Both the position numbers and the translations under genes were made by a program. A stretch of 32,036 bases of DNA from IMG/VR virus record IMGVR_UViG_3300025314_000066, positions 1 to 32,036 of that record. One strand, 5' to 3'. The notes beneath the pieces were generated by a model. It made no database searches and was not told the origin of the DNA. It saw nothing but the letters and a program-made list of their open reading frames with translations. The DNA is from a virus (Duplodnaviria > Caudoviricetes). This document shows, in pieces, positions 5,129 through 16,500 of the stretch (the first letter of the stretch is position 1; the number at the start of each line of letters is the position of its first letter).

Positions 5129-7267
5129 ATGGTTTTTCCGCTACAACAAGGTCCCCCGCCCATGATGCCACAGCCAGCGGCTATGGCATCGCCTATGGCA
5201 CTTATGCCCCCCGAGGGTGTCCAACCGCCGCTTCCCCTGCAAATGGGTGGCGGCATGGATATTATGGGGATGCTTGCCGATCCCGAAGTGATGATGGCGC
5301 TTATCAAGTTGATGGAGCAGGAATCGGAACTCCAGAACGGTCCGCGCTACAAGAAGTGGTACAACCGCGAGGATTACCAGAAGCCTGAGTTGCAGGATAT
5401 TATCTCTGCCGCCCAGCGCGACAAGTCCCTTCACAAGATGCTGATCGAGCGTATCCGCATGGAGCGCAAAATCCTCAACCTGCAAGTCGTCGGCACCTTC
5501 GAGGGCTTTGAGCCCGATGCCGAAGTCACATTCCAGGACCCGTCGCTTGTCCACGATTACAACCTTGCCGTGAACCTTGTCGCCACCTGCGACATCAACT
5601 TCGATGCGCGGGCAACCCGGTTGAGTAATGCCGAGATTGCCGAGAAGAAGGAACAGTTTGCCCACGCCTTCCGCGACAAGTGGGAGCGCAGGCACTCCCG
5701 TTCGTTTGGTACTGATCTCAAATATGATGAGGTCAAAACCGCAATGGGCACCGGGCACCTGTGCGCCCGACTGAGCCTGGACTTCAACGCGGAGTCCACG
5801 GAAATCCCCATCAATGCCGACCTGTTGGATGTGACTACCTGTTTCCCCACATGGGACGGCGACAAGGGCCTTGCCACGATGCGTCGCGTGTATTCGCAGA
5901 CAGTCGGACAGGTTGTCGCGCTCTATGGCGGATTCAAGAAGGGCATCAAGAAAGACCTGTTGCAGGACAAAAAGGTCACCAACGCGGACGGTCGTGAACG
6001 CGACCGCAACATGAACGACCAGGTAGAGGTGATCGAGCATTGGGACCGGCGCTGGTACACGGTATCGGTGGACGGTATCGAAGCAGTGAACGCGGAACAT
6101 CGCTTCGGCTTTGTCCCGTATGTGTACCTGGTATCACCGTATGGCGATCCCGGCATACTCAGTCTTCATGCGTTGGGTGCCCATACGGGTGCATCTGCGA
6201 CGATTGAGGAAGAGATTGCCTTCAAGGGGTTGTCGCATATCTGGGCGATGCGTAAGGCACACGAGCAAAAAGAGGCCATTATTGGCCGCATGTTCACCGA
6301 ACTCAAAAAGACGAACAACCCGCCACAGACCTTTGAGCAGGACGATCACACGTATGGTGATGCCCCGCAGATGAGTGAAGCCGAAGGCGCGATAAACCTG
6401 CTGCGTGCCGGCCATGAGCGCCGTGTCGCTGGCCCTGACAAGCCGGGGTTGTCGCTGGTTGGCCCGATTATGGGCGTGACCAATGAAGCCGCGATGCGCG
6501 GCATGATGCCTGCTGCATCCTATGGGCTCACCTCCAATGCGAATGAATCTGGCACGGCGATTGATGGGTTGTCTGAGGCGGGACGGGATAAGATCGCGCC
6601 GTGGTTGAGCATGATGCAGGTCTATGACCGTGAGTGCGCGGAAATGGCGATGCAACTCACCGCCGACTGGGGGCATTTGCTCGGTACGGATGGACAACGT
6701 GGCGAGTTTGAGATTGGCATGGCCCAACCAACCGAAGGCCGTGAGGGCATCGTCAAGATCACCCACATGGAACTCCGTGAGGCAGGCCCGAATATCCGTA
6801 GCAAGCGCACATCTATCAAGATGTCAGCCCTTGCCTCGTATGCCAATACCGTGATGCAACTCAAAAGCGGTGGCCTGATCCTGACCGAGGAAGCGTTGGA
6901 GATGCGCGGCGTGCAGGACCCACAGGCGTATGCCCGCAAGTTGCGTATTCAGGAACTCAAAGAGGACCCGGAATACAAGAAGATCGAGGTCATGCGGTTA
7001 CTGGAGGAGGAAGGCGACTTTGCCGCTGTCTCCATTTACCGCGAGATGATGGCGAAACAGAACGCGCCGCCGCCACCGGGTATGGGTGGAAGTATGCCGT
7101 CAGGCTTACCCCCGGGTGCTCCGGGTGGCCCCGGCACTATGGGCGGGAATCCTGGTGGGCCGAGTGGCCCACAAATGGCACCGCAAATGAATGGTTCGCT
7201 GGGGATGCCAGCAAGTTTGCCCGGTCCCCCGCCACTTATGGACGGGATACCATCGGGCGCACGATAA
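5129..7267 (+). CDS. Portal protein (podovirus-like) with Pro/Met/Gly-rich termini
   Basis: Directly follows terL; about 710 aa; VIEHWD and HRFGFVPYV motifs; GGAG precedes ATG 5129; TGtTAGCAT -10 at 5078-5086. Confidence 0.8.
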   Translation: MVFPLQQGPPPMMPQPAAMASPMALMPPEGVQPPLPLQMGGGMDIMGMLADPEVMMALIKLMEQESELQNGPRYKKWYNREDYQKPELQDIISAAQRDKSLHKMLIERIRMERKILNLQVVGTFEGFEPDAEVTFQDPSLVHDYNLAVNLVATCDINFDARATRLSNAEIAEKKEQFAHAFRDKWERRHSRSFGTDLKYDEVKTAMGTGHLCARLSLDFNAESTEIPINADLLDVTTCFPTWDGDKGLATMRRVYSQTVGQVVALYGGFKKGIKKDLLQDKKVTNADGRERDRNMNDQVEVIEHWDRRWYTVSVDGIEAVNAEHRFGFVPYVYLVSPYGDPGILSLHALGAHTGASATIEEEIAFKGLSHIWAMRKAHEQKEAIIGRMFTELKKTNNPPQTFEQDDHTYGDAPQMSEAEGAINLLRAGHERRVAGPDKPGLSLVGPIMGVTNEAAMRGMMPAASYGLTSNANESGTAIDGLSEAGRDKIAPWLSMMQVYDRECAEMAMQLTADWGHLLGTDGQRGEFEIGMAQPTEGREGIVKITHMELREAGPNIRSKRTSIKMSALASYANTVMQLKSGGLILTEEALEMRGVQDPQAYARKLRIQELKEDPEYKKIEVMRLLEEEGDFAAVSIYREMMAKQNAPPPPGMGGSMPSGLPPGAPGGPGTMGGNPGGPSGPQMAPQMNGSLGMPASLPGPPPLMDGIPSGAR

Positions 7268-7332
7268 CAGCGATGGTGTGACGATAAAACGCACACTACA
7301 GTCAACAGCGTTGAGCGCATAAGGAGAGCAAC

Positions 7333-8079
7333 ATGGCAGGATATATCGACGAACGAACAGGTCAGGTTGTTGGCCCCACGGGGCAGCCTGTATTCACAAA
7401 CACAGTAGCCCCAATCGCCCCTTCTACCGGATCGGTCAATCCCGCGTATACCGCGCCGGGGACATCCGGTGGTGACGGGTTTGCCGGTGGAACTGGCTGG
7501 GCCGGGAAGCAGGGCTATACCCCGGAGATGCTGGAAAGCATCTACCAAAACCCGTGGTTCCTGTTGCAGGACGTATTCAAGGGTATCGAAACCAGTAGCC
7601 CCGGCTATGCAGCGATGCGCGACTTTGGCGCTGACCCGTTGTCCTTGTTCTCCATGATGGAGGGTGCTGGTCGTTTGACCGCGAACGACAAGGGCGGCGC
7701 GGCCAATACCTTCGCCAACTTCCTCCAGAACCTCTACTCGCAACTCGGTACGCCGGGTGGCAAGGCATTGAGTTCCGGCGAACTGTTGAACAACATCTTC
7801 GGCCAGGGCGAGTTCGGCGCGGATTCCAAGACTGACCTTGGCGCATTGCTCGGACAGGGCGATGCCAGTACACAGATTCGCACCCTGTTCAACCTGCTTC
7901 GTGACGTTGCCGGGGCCGGGATGAATCCGCTTGCCGCAAGTGCCTACATGGGCTCTGTGCAGCAGGCCGGTGACGAATACGGTAACCAGATGCTCCGAAC
8001 GGGCGCAGGCAGTACGCAGAATCCGGTTGAGTTCATGCGCGAGAAGTACCCGTGGCTCACAGGGCAGGCCCCACGATAG
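7333..8079 (+). CDS. Putative internal virion/ejection protein (Gly/Ala-rich)
   Basis: RBS AAGGAG; position and composition. Confidence 0.6.
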   Translation: MAGYIDERTGQVVGPTGQPVFTNTVAPIAPSTGSVNPAYTAPGTSGGDGFAGGTGWAGKQGYTPEMLESIYQNPWFLLQDVFKGIETSSPGYAAMRDFGADPLSLFSMMEGAGRLTANDKGGAANTFANFLQNLYSQLGTPGGKALSSGELLNNIFGQGEFGADSKTDLGALLGQGDASTQIRTLFNLLRDVAGAGMNPLAASAYMGSVQQAGDEYGNQMLRTGAGSTQNPVEFMREKYPWLTGQAPR

Positions 8080-8088
8080 GAGATTGGC

Positions 8089-8505
8089 ATGGTTGACTGG
8101 AATAAGCCGTTTACATCGACATCGGTTCCGGCTGCCACCGCTCCGTCTAACGTGTTCTTCGATCCGAACTCCACGTATGGCGCGGTCAAGAGTTGGAACA
8201 CCACCCCGCTTGCCGGACAGATTCGGGAACAGGCCCCACAGTTGGCCTACTCGCAGTACGGCCAGCAGCAGGGCATCGCGGATAACGATAGCGCCTTCTC
8301 CCGGTGGTTCTACCAGCAGTACCCACGGTTCCAACGCGGGTATGGGCAGGCGACCCTGGAGAATCCGCTGATTACGATGGACCAGTTTATGAAAACCCTG
8401 CCGTCACTGGCAGCATTGCAGGCGCAGTTCCAGCAACTCTCCGCTGGACAGCGCGGCGAGAACAATGCGCAATTCGCGCCGGTCGCCCGATGGCTCGGCA
8501 GGTGA
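8089..8505 (+). CDS. Putative virion protein (Gln-rich)
   Basis: RBS AGGAG; operon context. Confidence 0.6.
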   Translation: MVDWNKPFTSTSVPAATAPSNVFFDPNSTYGAVKSWNTTPLAGQIREQAPQLAYSQYGQQQGIADNDSAFSRWFYQQYPRFQRGYGQATLENPLITMDQFMKTLPSLAALQAQFQQLSAGQRGENNAQFAPVARWLGR

Positions 8506-8510
8506 ACTAG

Positions 8511-10511
8511 GTGGACCGTAGAGCATATAACGCTGATCTTTCTGTAGATTGGCAGGATTTACCCGGAGCGTCCCCCATTGCTGATGGGGGACTTTCCTCA
8601 TGGACGAGCAAGTTCTCGGCTCCCGTATCAAGTAACTGGGCAAGTACCACCCCAACGCCATACGACTACACGATGGGGAGCGGCTCCGGGAATCCCCTGA
8701 TTAATGACTTCGGCGCGTCGTTCGGTAACTACTCGGCCAGCTTCGATCCGATGAACGCCTACTCCAGTCGCCTGATCGGTGGCCGGATCGACAAGTATTA
8801 CAAGGACACGCCGTCTGAGTGGCAATCGTTTGAGGAGCAACTTGCCGCTGGCCCGTCCGGTGGTGGTGGTAACGTTAGCAAGAATCCAGGGTTTGCCAGT
8901 GGCAACTTCAACAAGGACCCGGCTGTATTCGGGGAGATTGAGGCTGCTGCCGCCAAGTATGGTATCCCCGCGAACCTGTTGAAGTCGATGATCGCACGGG
9001 AATCAACCGGCGATTGGGAACGGGATGGGAATCGCACGCCAGAGGTTCGCCCCGGTGACCGTATCCTCCCGTATGTCGGTATCTTTGAGAGTACCGCGAA
9101 ATCATGGGGCTATGACTTCAATGCCATGATCGGCAACCGGGCCTTGCAGATTGACGCAATGGCGAACGGCTTGCGGCAAATCTACAGCCGCCCCGGTGTG
9201 GGCGACAAGTACGGGTGGGACGGGGTTATTGCCACCTATTACTCGGGCAACCCTGACCAAACCTATACGCCCCCCGATAGCCTCGTTCACGGCACCACAT
9301 CCATGTATGTCTCACAGGTCAACGGCATGTGGCAACAGGAGGATGCGTGGACACAGGCTAACGGTGGTGTTGTTGGCAGTCGCATGGGTGTATCGCTCGG
9401 CAGTCCACAGGACCCGAACTGGCAGCCCGTGAACCAGTGGGACAGCCTTGTTGCCACCGCTGCATCCAGGTACGGCGTGCCGCCAAACCTTGTGAAGTCG
9501 ATCATCCGGCTTGAATCGGGCGGCGTGCCCACGGCACAGCATGGCGCGAGTGGCGCAACCGGGCTCATGCAAATCATGCCGGATATCTGGAACGGCGGTA
9601 ACGCAGAACAGTTGTTCGACCCGGCCTATAACATCGACCTCGGCACCAAAATCCTGAAATCGAACTACGACCAGCACGGCTCGTGGGAAATGGCTGCGCG
9701 TGCGTATCTCGGGTTGGTAGGCGCTGACGCCAACGGCACCACCAATGAGATGTACTGGAACCAAATCAACGGGTACTGGAAGGAACTGGACGGGAGTACG
9801 GGTGGCGGCACAACTGGCCCCGCAGGTGGCGATGTCCTGCCATTGAGTTCTATCTGGGGGAATATGCCCGGCGTGAGTGTGACGCAAGGGAACCTGGAGG
9901 CGAACGATTGGGTGCTCAACCATACGAGTGTGGAGTATGGCGGGCGGCAACTGAGCGGGCGCGGCATGTATGACTATGCGTATGAACAGTTCGGGCAACT
10001 GGGGCATCCGGGCGTTGATTACGGCATGGAATATGGAACCAAAATCTATACCCCGGTCGGCGGCACGGTGATCGCTGCCGGTGGCACCGGGTTCTACGGC
10101 GATGACAATGGGGGCATTGGCGAAATCCGGGTTCGGATGGATAACGGCCATGAGTTGATCTTCGGCCATATGGGATCGGGCACGGTACAGGTGGGCCAGC
10201 GTATCAACGCGGGGAGTCTTGTTGGCACATCCGGCACGGCAGGTTCAGGGCCACACTTGCACCTTGAATACCGGGTGCCCAACCCGCAAACGCCTTCCGG
10301 CTGGATGAGCGCGGACCCGGCAACCCTGACCACGGGGGGCGTGTTGGCCGGTGGTCTTTCATCCCTGAGCGGGCAAATAAGTGGACGGCCAATGCCAACC
10401 AGTTATCAAGATATGATTATCGCCATCATGCGAGGTGATACAGTTCAAAGCAACAATGTGTCCAGTGGCAACGCATGGAACGACTGGCTTGTGGCAAACA
10501 TGTTCCGGTAA
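8511..10511 (+). CDS. Virion-associated peptidoglycan hydrolase: two SLT lytic-transglycosylase domains + M23 peptidase
   Basis: AAKYGIPANLLKSMIARES; ASRYGVPPNLVKSIIRLES...GATGLMQIMP...DPAYNIDLG; M23 motifs HPGVD, FGHM and GPHLHLE. Confidence 0.88.
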   Translation: MDRRAYNADLSVDWQDLPGASPIADGGLSSWTSKFSAPVSSNWASTTPTPYDYTMGSGSGNPLINDFGASFGNYSASFDPMNAYSSRLIGGRIDKYYKDTPSEWQSFEEQLAAGPSGGGGNVSKNPGFASGNFNKDPAVFGEIEAAAAKYGIPANLLKSMIARESTGDWERDGNRTPEVRPGDRILPYVGIFESTAKSWGYDFNAMIGNRALQIDAMANGLRQIYSRPGVGDKYGWDGVIATYYSGNPDQTYTPPDSLVHGTTSMYVSQVNGMWQQEDAWTQANGGVVGSRMGVSLGSPQDPNWQPVNQWDSLVATAASRYGVPPNLVKSIIRLESGGVPTAQHGASGATGLMQIMPDIWNGGNAEQLFDPAYNIDLGTKILKSNYDQHGSWEMAARAYLGLVGADANGTTNEMYWNQINGYWKELDGSTGGGTTGPAGGDVLPLSSIWGNMPGVSVTQGNLEANDWVLNHTSVEYGGRQLSGRGMYDYAYEQFGQLGHPGVDYGMEYGTKIYTPVGGTVIAAGGTGFYGDDNGGIGEIRVRMDNGHELIFGHMGSGTVQVGQRINAGSLVGTSGTAGSGPHLHLEYRVPNPQTPSGWMSADPATLTTGGVLAGGLSSLSGQISGRPMPTSYQDMIIAIMRGDTVQSNNVSSGNAWNDWLVANMFR

Positions 10512-10523
10512 AGGGGATAAGGA

Positions 10524-13500
10524 ATGGTATCTGATTTCGAGAGATTCCTTGAAGGACTTACATCGTCAATGGGCCTACCGGGTGCGCCCACAGCGCCACC
10601 GCCTATCCGTACCCAACGGCCAGAGCCACTGCCGTATTCCAACGCAACACCACAACAGCAACAGGCCATTCAGCAGGCATCCGCAGGATTGCCGCCCGAC
10701 CTGGTAGCGCAGATCGCGCAACTTGCGGCTGCACCTGCCGCACAGCAGATGCCATCCCCGGCGATCAACCCGAACCTTATGGCATCGACCACAATGCCGA
10801 TGGGCTATCAGCAGCCTGCCCGTGATACTGCCCCGGTGCAAGCGCCGCAACCGAAGCCAACCGATAACCCCTACGCTGCGAAGGATGGCGAGGGCTACGT
10901 GTTTGTGGCCTACGATACCGGCACAGAGGAAGGCGAAGTCACGGTTGCCGTGCCTGAGCGGTATGTGCCAACCCTTCCGGCTGGAACGCGGGTTATCAGT
11001 GAAGTGATCCCGGCATCCCGGCGTGACGATATGGCCGCGAACAACGACTTGCTTGAACAGCAGTCGGATACGGTCAAGAATGGCATTGTCCCGCCGAAGC
11101 AGGTTGCCGTTGCCAAGAATCCTGAAATCCTGGTTGTTGAAGATCGGCAAGGCAATATCTCCACGATCTATGCAACCGAGGAAGTCCCGCAGGGGTCCAA
11201 GGTTATCCGTCGCGGTGGCGGTGAGCAATCCGGGGAGAAAATGGTTGCCACGGGTAGCCCAACCGTCGTCGGTGAAATGACTGATGAACAGGCTGCCGCA
11301 AACCGGGCACAGAACACCGCAACGGTGGACGCCGAGGGCAACATTGTTGAGCCCGATAAGGAAGTGCGGGTACTGTCGATTGCCGAACTACGTGCCATTG
11401 ATACGCCTGAGACAACCGAGATGGCTGACCGGCTGGAGCAGAGCGGGTTGACTGAGTACCGCGATGATACCGCGTATATCCAGGACCCGGAAACCGGGCG
11501 ACTGACGGCAATGCCAATGGACGAATACCTGGCACAGTCAGAGGATGCCAACGCACCGTTGCCTGCGATGACAACCAATATCATCCGTGATGAGCACGGC
11601 ATGCATACGGAAGCGAACGAACTGGAAGCGCAGGGCATCTATGTGATCCCTGACGGCAAGATGGCCGTCAAGCGCAATGGGACGTGGACGATTGTTACCG
11701 CACAAGAGAATCCCGCGAATGTCGATGATGTTGTCTACGGCGGCGTGAGCAAGCCGCTGGAAGATAAGCGCATTATCGGCAGTGGTGGTGACTTTATCGA
11801 GGGCATGAAGGACCTTGGCGGTGGCGTGCTTCCTGCCTTGGCTGCATTGGACAAGCCGCGCCGATGGACCAATGAGCAAATGGGCAGCATCTTGTATGAG
11901 CAGGCGTCCGGCAATGATGTGAACCTCCCCGGATGGGACCCGTTGACCTCATTTGTCCTCGGTGCCCCCGGGTCAGACTTGAAGCCGGGGAAAACAAAAC
12001 TCACGTCGGAGGAAGGTTCGATTGGGGAGTGGGCGAAAGCCAACCCTGATAAGGTGATTGACCTGTATGAGAATGGGTATGACGCGAATGATGATGGGGT
12101 TGTGGACTTCACGGGCGGCGAAGCGGTCTTTGAATACTGGGTAGGCCAACAGAATATGCTCACCCGTGTCGTGGGCGAAATCGCGGGCGATCCACTGAAT
12201 ATCGCTGCCGGTGGTGGTGGCTTGCTCCGACGTGGTGCTACCAAGGTCGCGGGGGAAGCCGCAACAACCAGCATTGGCCGCAACCTGCTTTCTCGCGGCA
12301 TGAATACCACAGGACGGTTGCTGCAACTGCCTGACGAACTGATGGATGCGGCCCTGTCCCGGACGGCGCGGGGTACGTATAACACTCTCACGACAGAGGG
12401 TGTGCGGACAGGGCTTGCCGATAAACTGGCAACTGCCCGCATTACTGGCAAGCTGTTCCGGGACACCGACCAGGTTGCCATGACAAAATCGCAGCAAGAC
12501 GTAGACCGCTCCGTGTCCACCCTTGCTGACCAGCAGGCGCTGACCCGTCCGATGGATAACCCGCCGCCAACGACCGGCACCGTGCCACCTCCAACTGCGC
12601 CTGATGTGCCACCTGCGCCACGAACGCCGGATGCTCCTGCATCGGGGCAACCGCCAACCGTCGTGTCCTCGGTGGATACGCCGCCAATCCCGCGTGAGGT
12701 GATCGAGACATTGCCGCCCGCGCAACGTGCCCTGTATGAGAACTGGGATCAGCAGTCACTTGATATTGGTGGTGAATCCCCGTTCTCGTATCGTGAGGAT
12801 GGGTTGCCGGACGCGCCGAACTGGGGTATTGCGACACCGCGTACCGATGAAGATGGGCGTGCTGTCCTTGAGCTTCTGGAGGAAGATGATTACGCACGCC
12901 GGATTGTGGATGAAACGTATGTTGCAGTTGGCAAGGACCTCCCGGATCGGTGGAAGTTCTTTGCGGACCTGCACGATCCGAAGGCCCGCCGATTCGATGC
13001 CAAGGAAGAGGAACTAAAAGCCCGGAGTATCGGCCAGAAACAAGCCCGTGGCGGGAAGTTTGACTACCCGCACAAGGCGCTGTCTGCGGTCAATGAAGCC
13101 CGGTACATCATTGATGACTTGATCCCTGACTTCAAGCAGGCGTTCCCGGATCGGGAGATTCCCGCGTACCGCTTCAAGAACAAGGCCAAGACCGCAACGC
13201 TGGATAGCACCGAGAACGATGACCTGTTGCTGGAAACCTTCATCTTTGGCGATGCGGATGTATCTGATGCTGCACGCCGGACGTTGGGCACCCGGGCTTT
13301 CAACCGGGAAGATGCCCACCTTGCCGCGCTTATCCGTACAGCAGGCGAGTATCGCACCCGATACCTGGACCGGCTTGCAGGCCGTGTGCCTGAACCGCGT
13401 GCCGCTGCACCGACGCCAACCATTTCGACAGAGCCATTGCCCACCCCGCGTCAGGCTGCCCCGGTAGAGCCGGAAGGCATCATGGATGCCCCGATTGTGG

Positions 13501-16500
13501 AGCCTGAGCCGGTGCGTCGTGGTGTAGGGCAGGAGCAGCAGGGGGACTTGCGCGTTCCGACAGAAAGGGAAACGGCCGAGGCGCGTAAGCAGTGGAACAC
13601 AGAGAACAATCGCCTACGCGCATTAATGAAAGAAAATAATGTTAAGCCGGAGTGGGTGAGCGCCTACGCGCAGCGTAAAGGGCATGCCAGTGCGGCAGGT
13701 CTTACGCTGGATGAGCTCACGTACCTGAAAAACAAGTTGCGGACAGACGCGGCAGGAACGAAGGAAATGCTGGAAGCTTTCTTTGAGGCCAGCGCACCGA
13801 AGGGTGTTGCTGGGATTGAGAGCATGGCCCCTGCCGATATTCGCACCACATGGGGCATGAAGAAACGGGACCTGCAAAAGAATCTCGGTATCGACAAGTC
13901 ACTCCAGCCACGGTCGAAACCGTTTGATGAGGAACATGTGCGCGGCATTGTGGATAACTATGTCGGCGAACGCATGGACCCGATCCTTCTCAAACGCGGC
14001 AAGGATGGCAATGCCTACGTTGTTGCAGGCCACAACCGGCTAGAGGCAGCGCGTCGGCTGAACGTGGATGTGCCAGTCAGATATACGGACGCGAGTGGCG
14101 ATGATCTTCTGCGGCTTTCCCGTGAAACCAACATGCAGAACCTTGGCATGTCGAACGCGAACATCGCGGAGGATGTGCGCCGAATGGTGGACGAGGGAAA
14201 GTCGTTTGAGGAGATTGGCCGTGCGTTGAAATTGTCCCCGGACGGCATTGCCAAAACTCCGGCGACAATGGCTGAACGGTACTACAACTACTCGTTCCTG
14301 AATCCTGACAGCAACCTTGCCCGGTTGACTGACCAGGGCATCTTGCCGATGGAAATCTCCGCCAACGCTGGTCGGGGTATCCGCAATGGTGCGCTGGATC
14401 AGGCAGAGGTTCAGGCACTTGCGTTCCGGGTATCTGATAACCGGCTCAACCCCAAGAAGTTTGATGACATTCTCCGGCGTGCAATCAAGCGTTCCGAGGA
14501 AGGCAAGTCTCAGCAGATGGGCGGCATGTTTGAGGGGATGAATGTCAGTGACAACCTCAAAGCCGCCGAGGATGAAGTGGACGACCTGTGGCGGCAATGG
14601 ACGAAAACCCATGACGATCTTCGCCTTGCCAACGATTCCCCGGTACGGAGCCGCACAGAGATAGCCCGACTGGAAGCAGAACGGGCGCGTCTTGCCGATG
14701 AACTGGACATCCCTGATGCCAAGATAGGGATGCGCAACCCCACGCCGGAAGGGTATCTCAGCCGGGATTACCAGGTTGATGAGGGGGCTGCGGCTGCAAC
14801 TCGTACTGCACCAGAGTTCGATAATTCAGGGCCGCTTGTTGATGAGATGCTAGATGAGGATGGCAACCCCATTATCTCGGCAGCACAACGGATGCGCGAT
14901 AGTGGTGCAAGCCCATTGTTTAGCCAGCGACAAACACCGGAAACCCGGTGGGCACCACGGGCGGTCAACCAGCGTGGGCCAACCACAGCGGCAGTGGCCG
15001 TGTATGGGCACCCGATGGGGCAATGGGAGTTCCCCAGCCTGAACCTTGATAGCATCAGCAGCCGGGTGAACAAGAAGGTTGCCAACCCGTTCTACAAGGG
15101 CGAATCCGAGTTCCTGTCTCCCCGTGCAAATACGCAGCGGCCATCGGCACAATCCCGTGATGCTGATTACTGGGCGGATACATCGCGCGCACCTGAATCG
15201 GAAGTGCGGATTGTCCGTGGGCGCGTCGTTACCGAGAACGATTGGGATGCGCACATCCTCAGCCAGCGGTTTGACGATGGTGAGCAAATCCTGGATCGGT
15301 GGTCACGTCTTGCCGACGAATATGAAGGCCGTGGGTTGACCGCAGAACAGGCCGATGTTCGCGCTGCCGATCAGGTGATGGCGGACTGGGGCGAACAGGT
15401 TATCAAGGATTACGACGCCAAGCACGGCACCTCGTACCATGAAAAGTACGTGGAGGAATACGAGCGCGTCACCACCACCGGCAAGAAAGAGGACCGGCTG
15501 GAAGGAACGCACGCGCAAATCGTGGCAACCCAGCGGGCGATTGGCGGCACCAACAAGGCCACCACGATCTACGATGACTACCTTGGCATCATGCGCGAGA
15601 TGACGCTGTATAACGTGTTGTCTGGCCCGCGCTACATCATGACGCAGTTGATCGGTAACACGATTACCGCGATGATTACCGGGAACTTCGGAATCATCCC
15701 CCGCGCGATTGGTGAGTACAAGTCTTCGTACCAGCAGATGAGCGGTGTCAATAACGACTGGGTGATGAAGATGCTCGGCGGTATTGGCGATGGTGAACTC
15801 TCTGAGCGGACGTTGCGCAAGGGTATCCGTGAACTCGAAGGTGAGCCCCGGATGATCCTGTTCGACGGGACTGACCGGATGATGCGGGAATGGAACATCG
15901 GCACCGAGCGTGGCGACATCTTCAACGTCGTGCGTGATGAGGTCACCGAAGTCGGTGCGCCAACGAAGCTCCACAACCTGCGCCTTGGCAGCATGCAAAT
16001 CGGCAAGCGGGTCGATGGGGTGTTTGCCAACCGCGCGGTGCGTGATATGGCGAACGCATGGGACTTGTCCTACCGCAAGGCGATGTATGGTCACATGCTG
16101 CAACAGAACAATGCCGGTGCCCGGATTCACATGCGCAACCGCATGATGGAAACCATGCCATCGTCCTTGCCCACCAGCGAGTTCAACCGCATGTGGGATG
16201 AGATCCCGGACTTCTTCGGCAGTGATCGTATCCGCCAGGTATTCGGGGAAGTGGATGCGAAGTGGGCTGACCGCATGGCGCGTGACTGGCAGAGCGCGAT
16301 CCGCAAGATGGATATGGATGCCCGTGACAAGACCTACAAACTGTTCTTCTCCGGGTATGAGCGCAACGCGGATAAGGCGCTACGCCGGGTGTTCTTCTTC
16401 CACTACTGGATGAGCCGTGCCACGCCACTGTACACAGAGGCATTGATGCGCAATCCGGGCGTGATGAACGCGTATGTGAAGATGCTGGCTGAAATCAAGG

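Noticed and set aside
5129-7267. Pro/Met/Gly-rich termini of the portal as a novelty
   Set aside because: Low-complexity tails are common on podophage-type portals.
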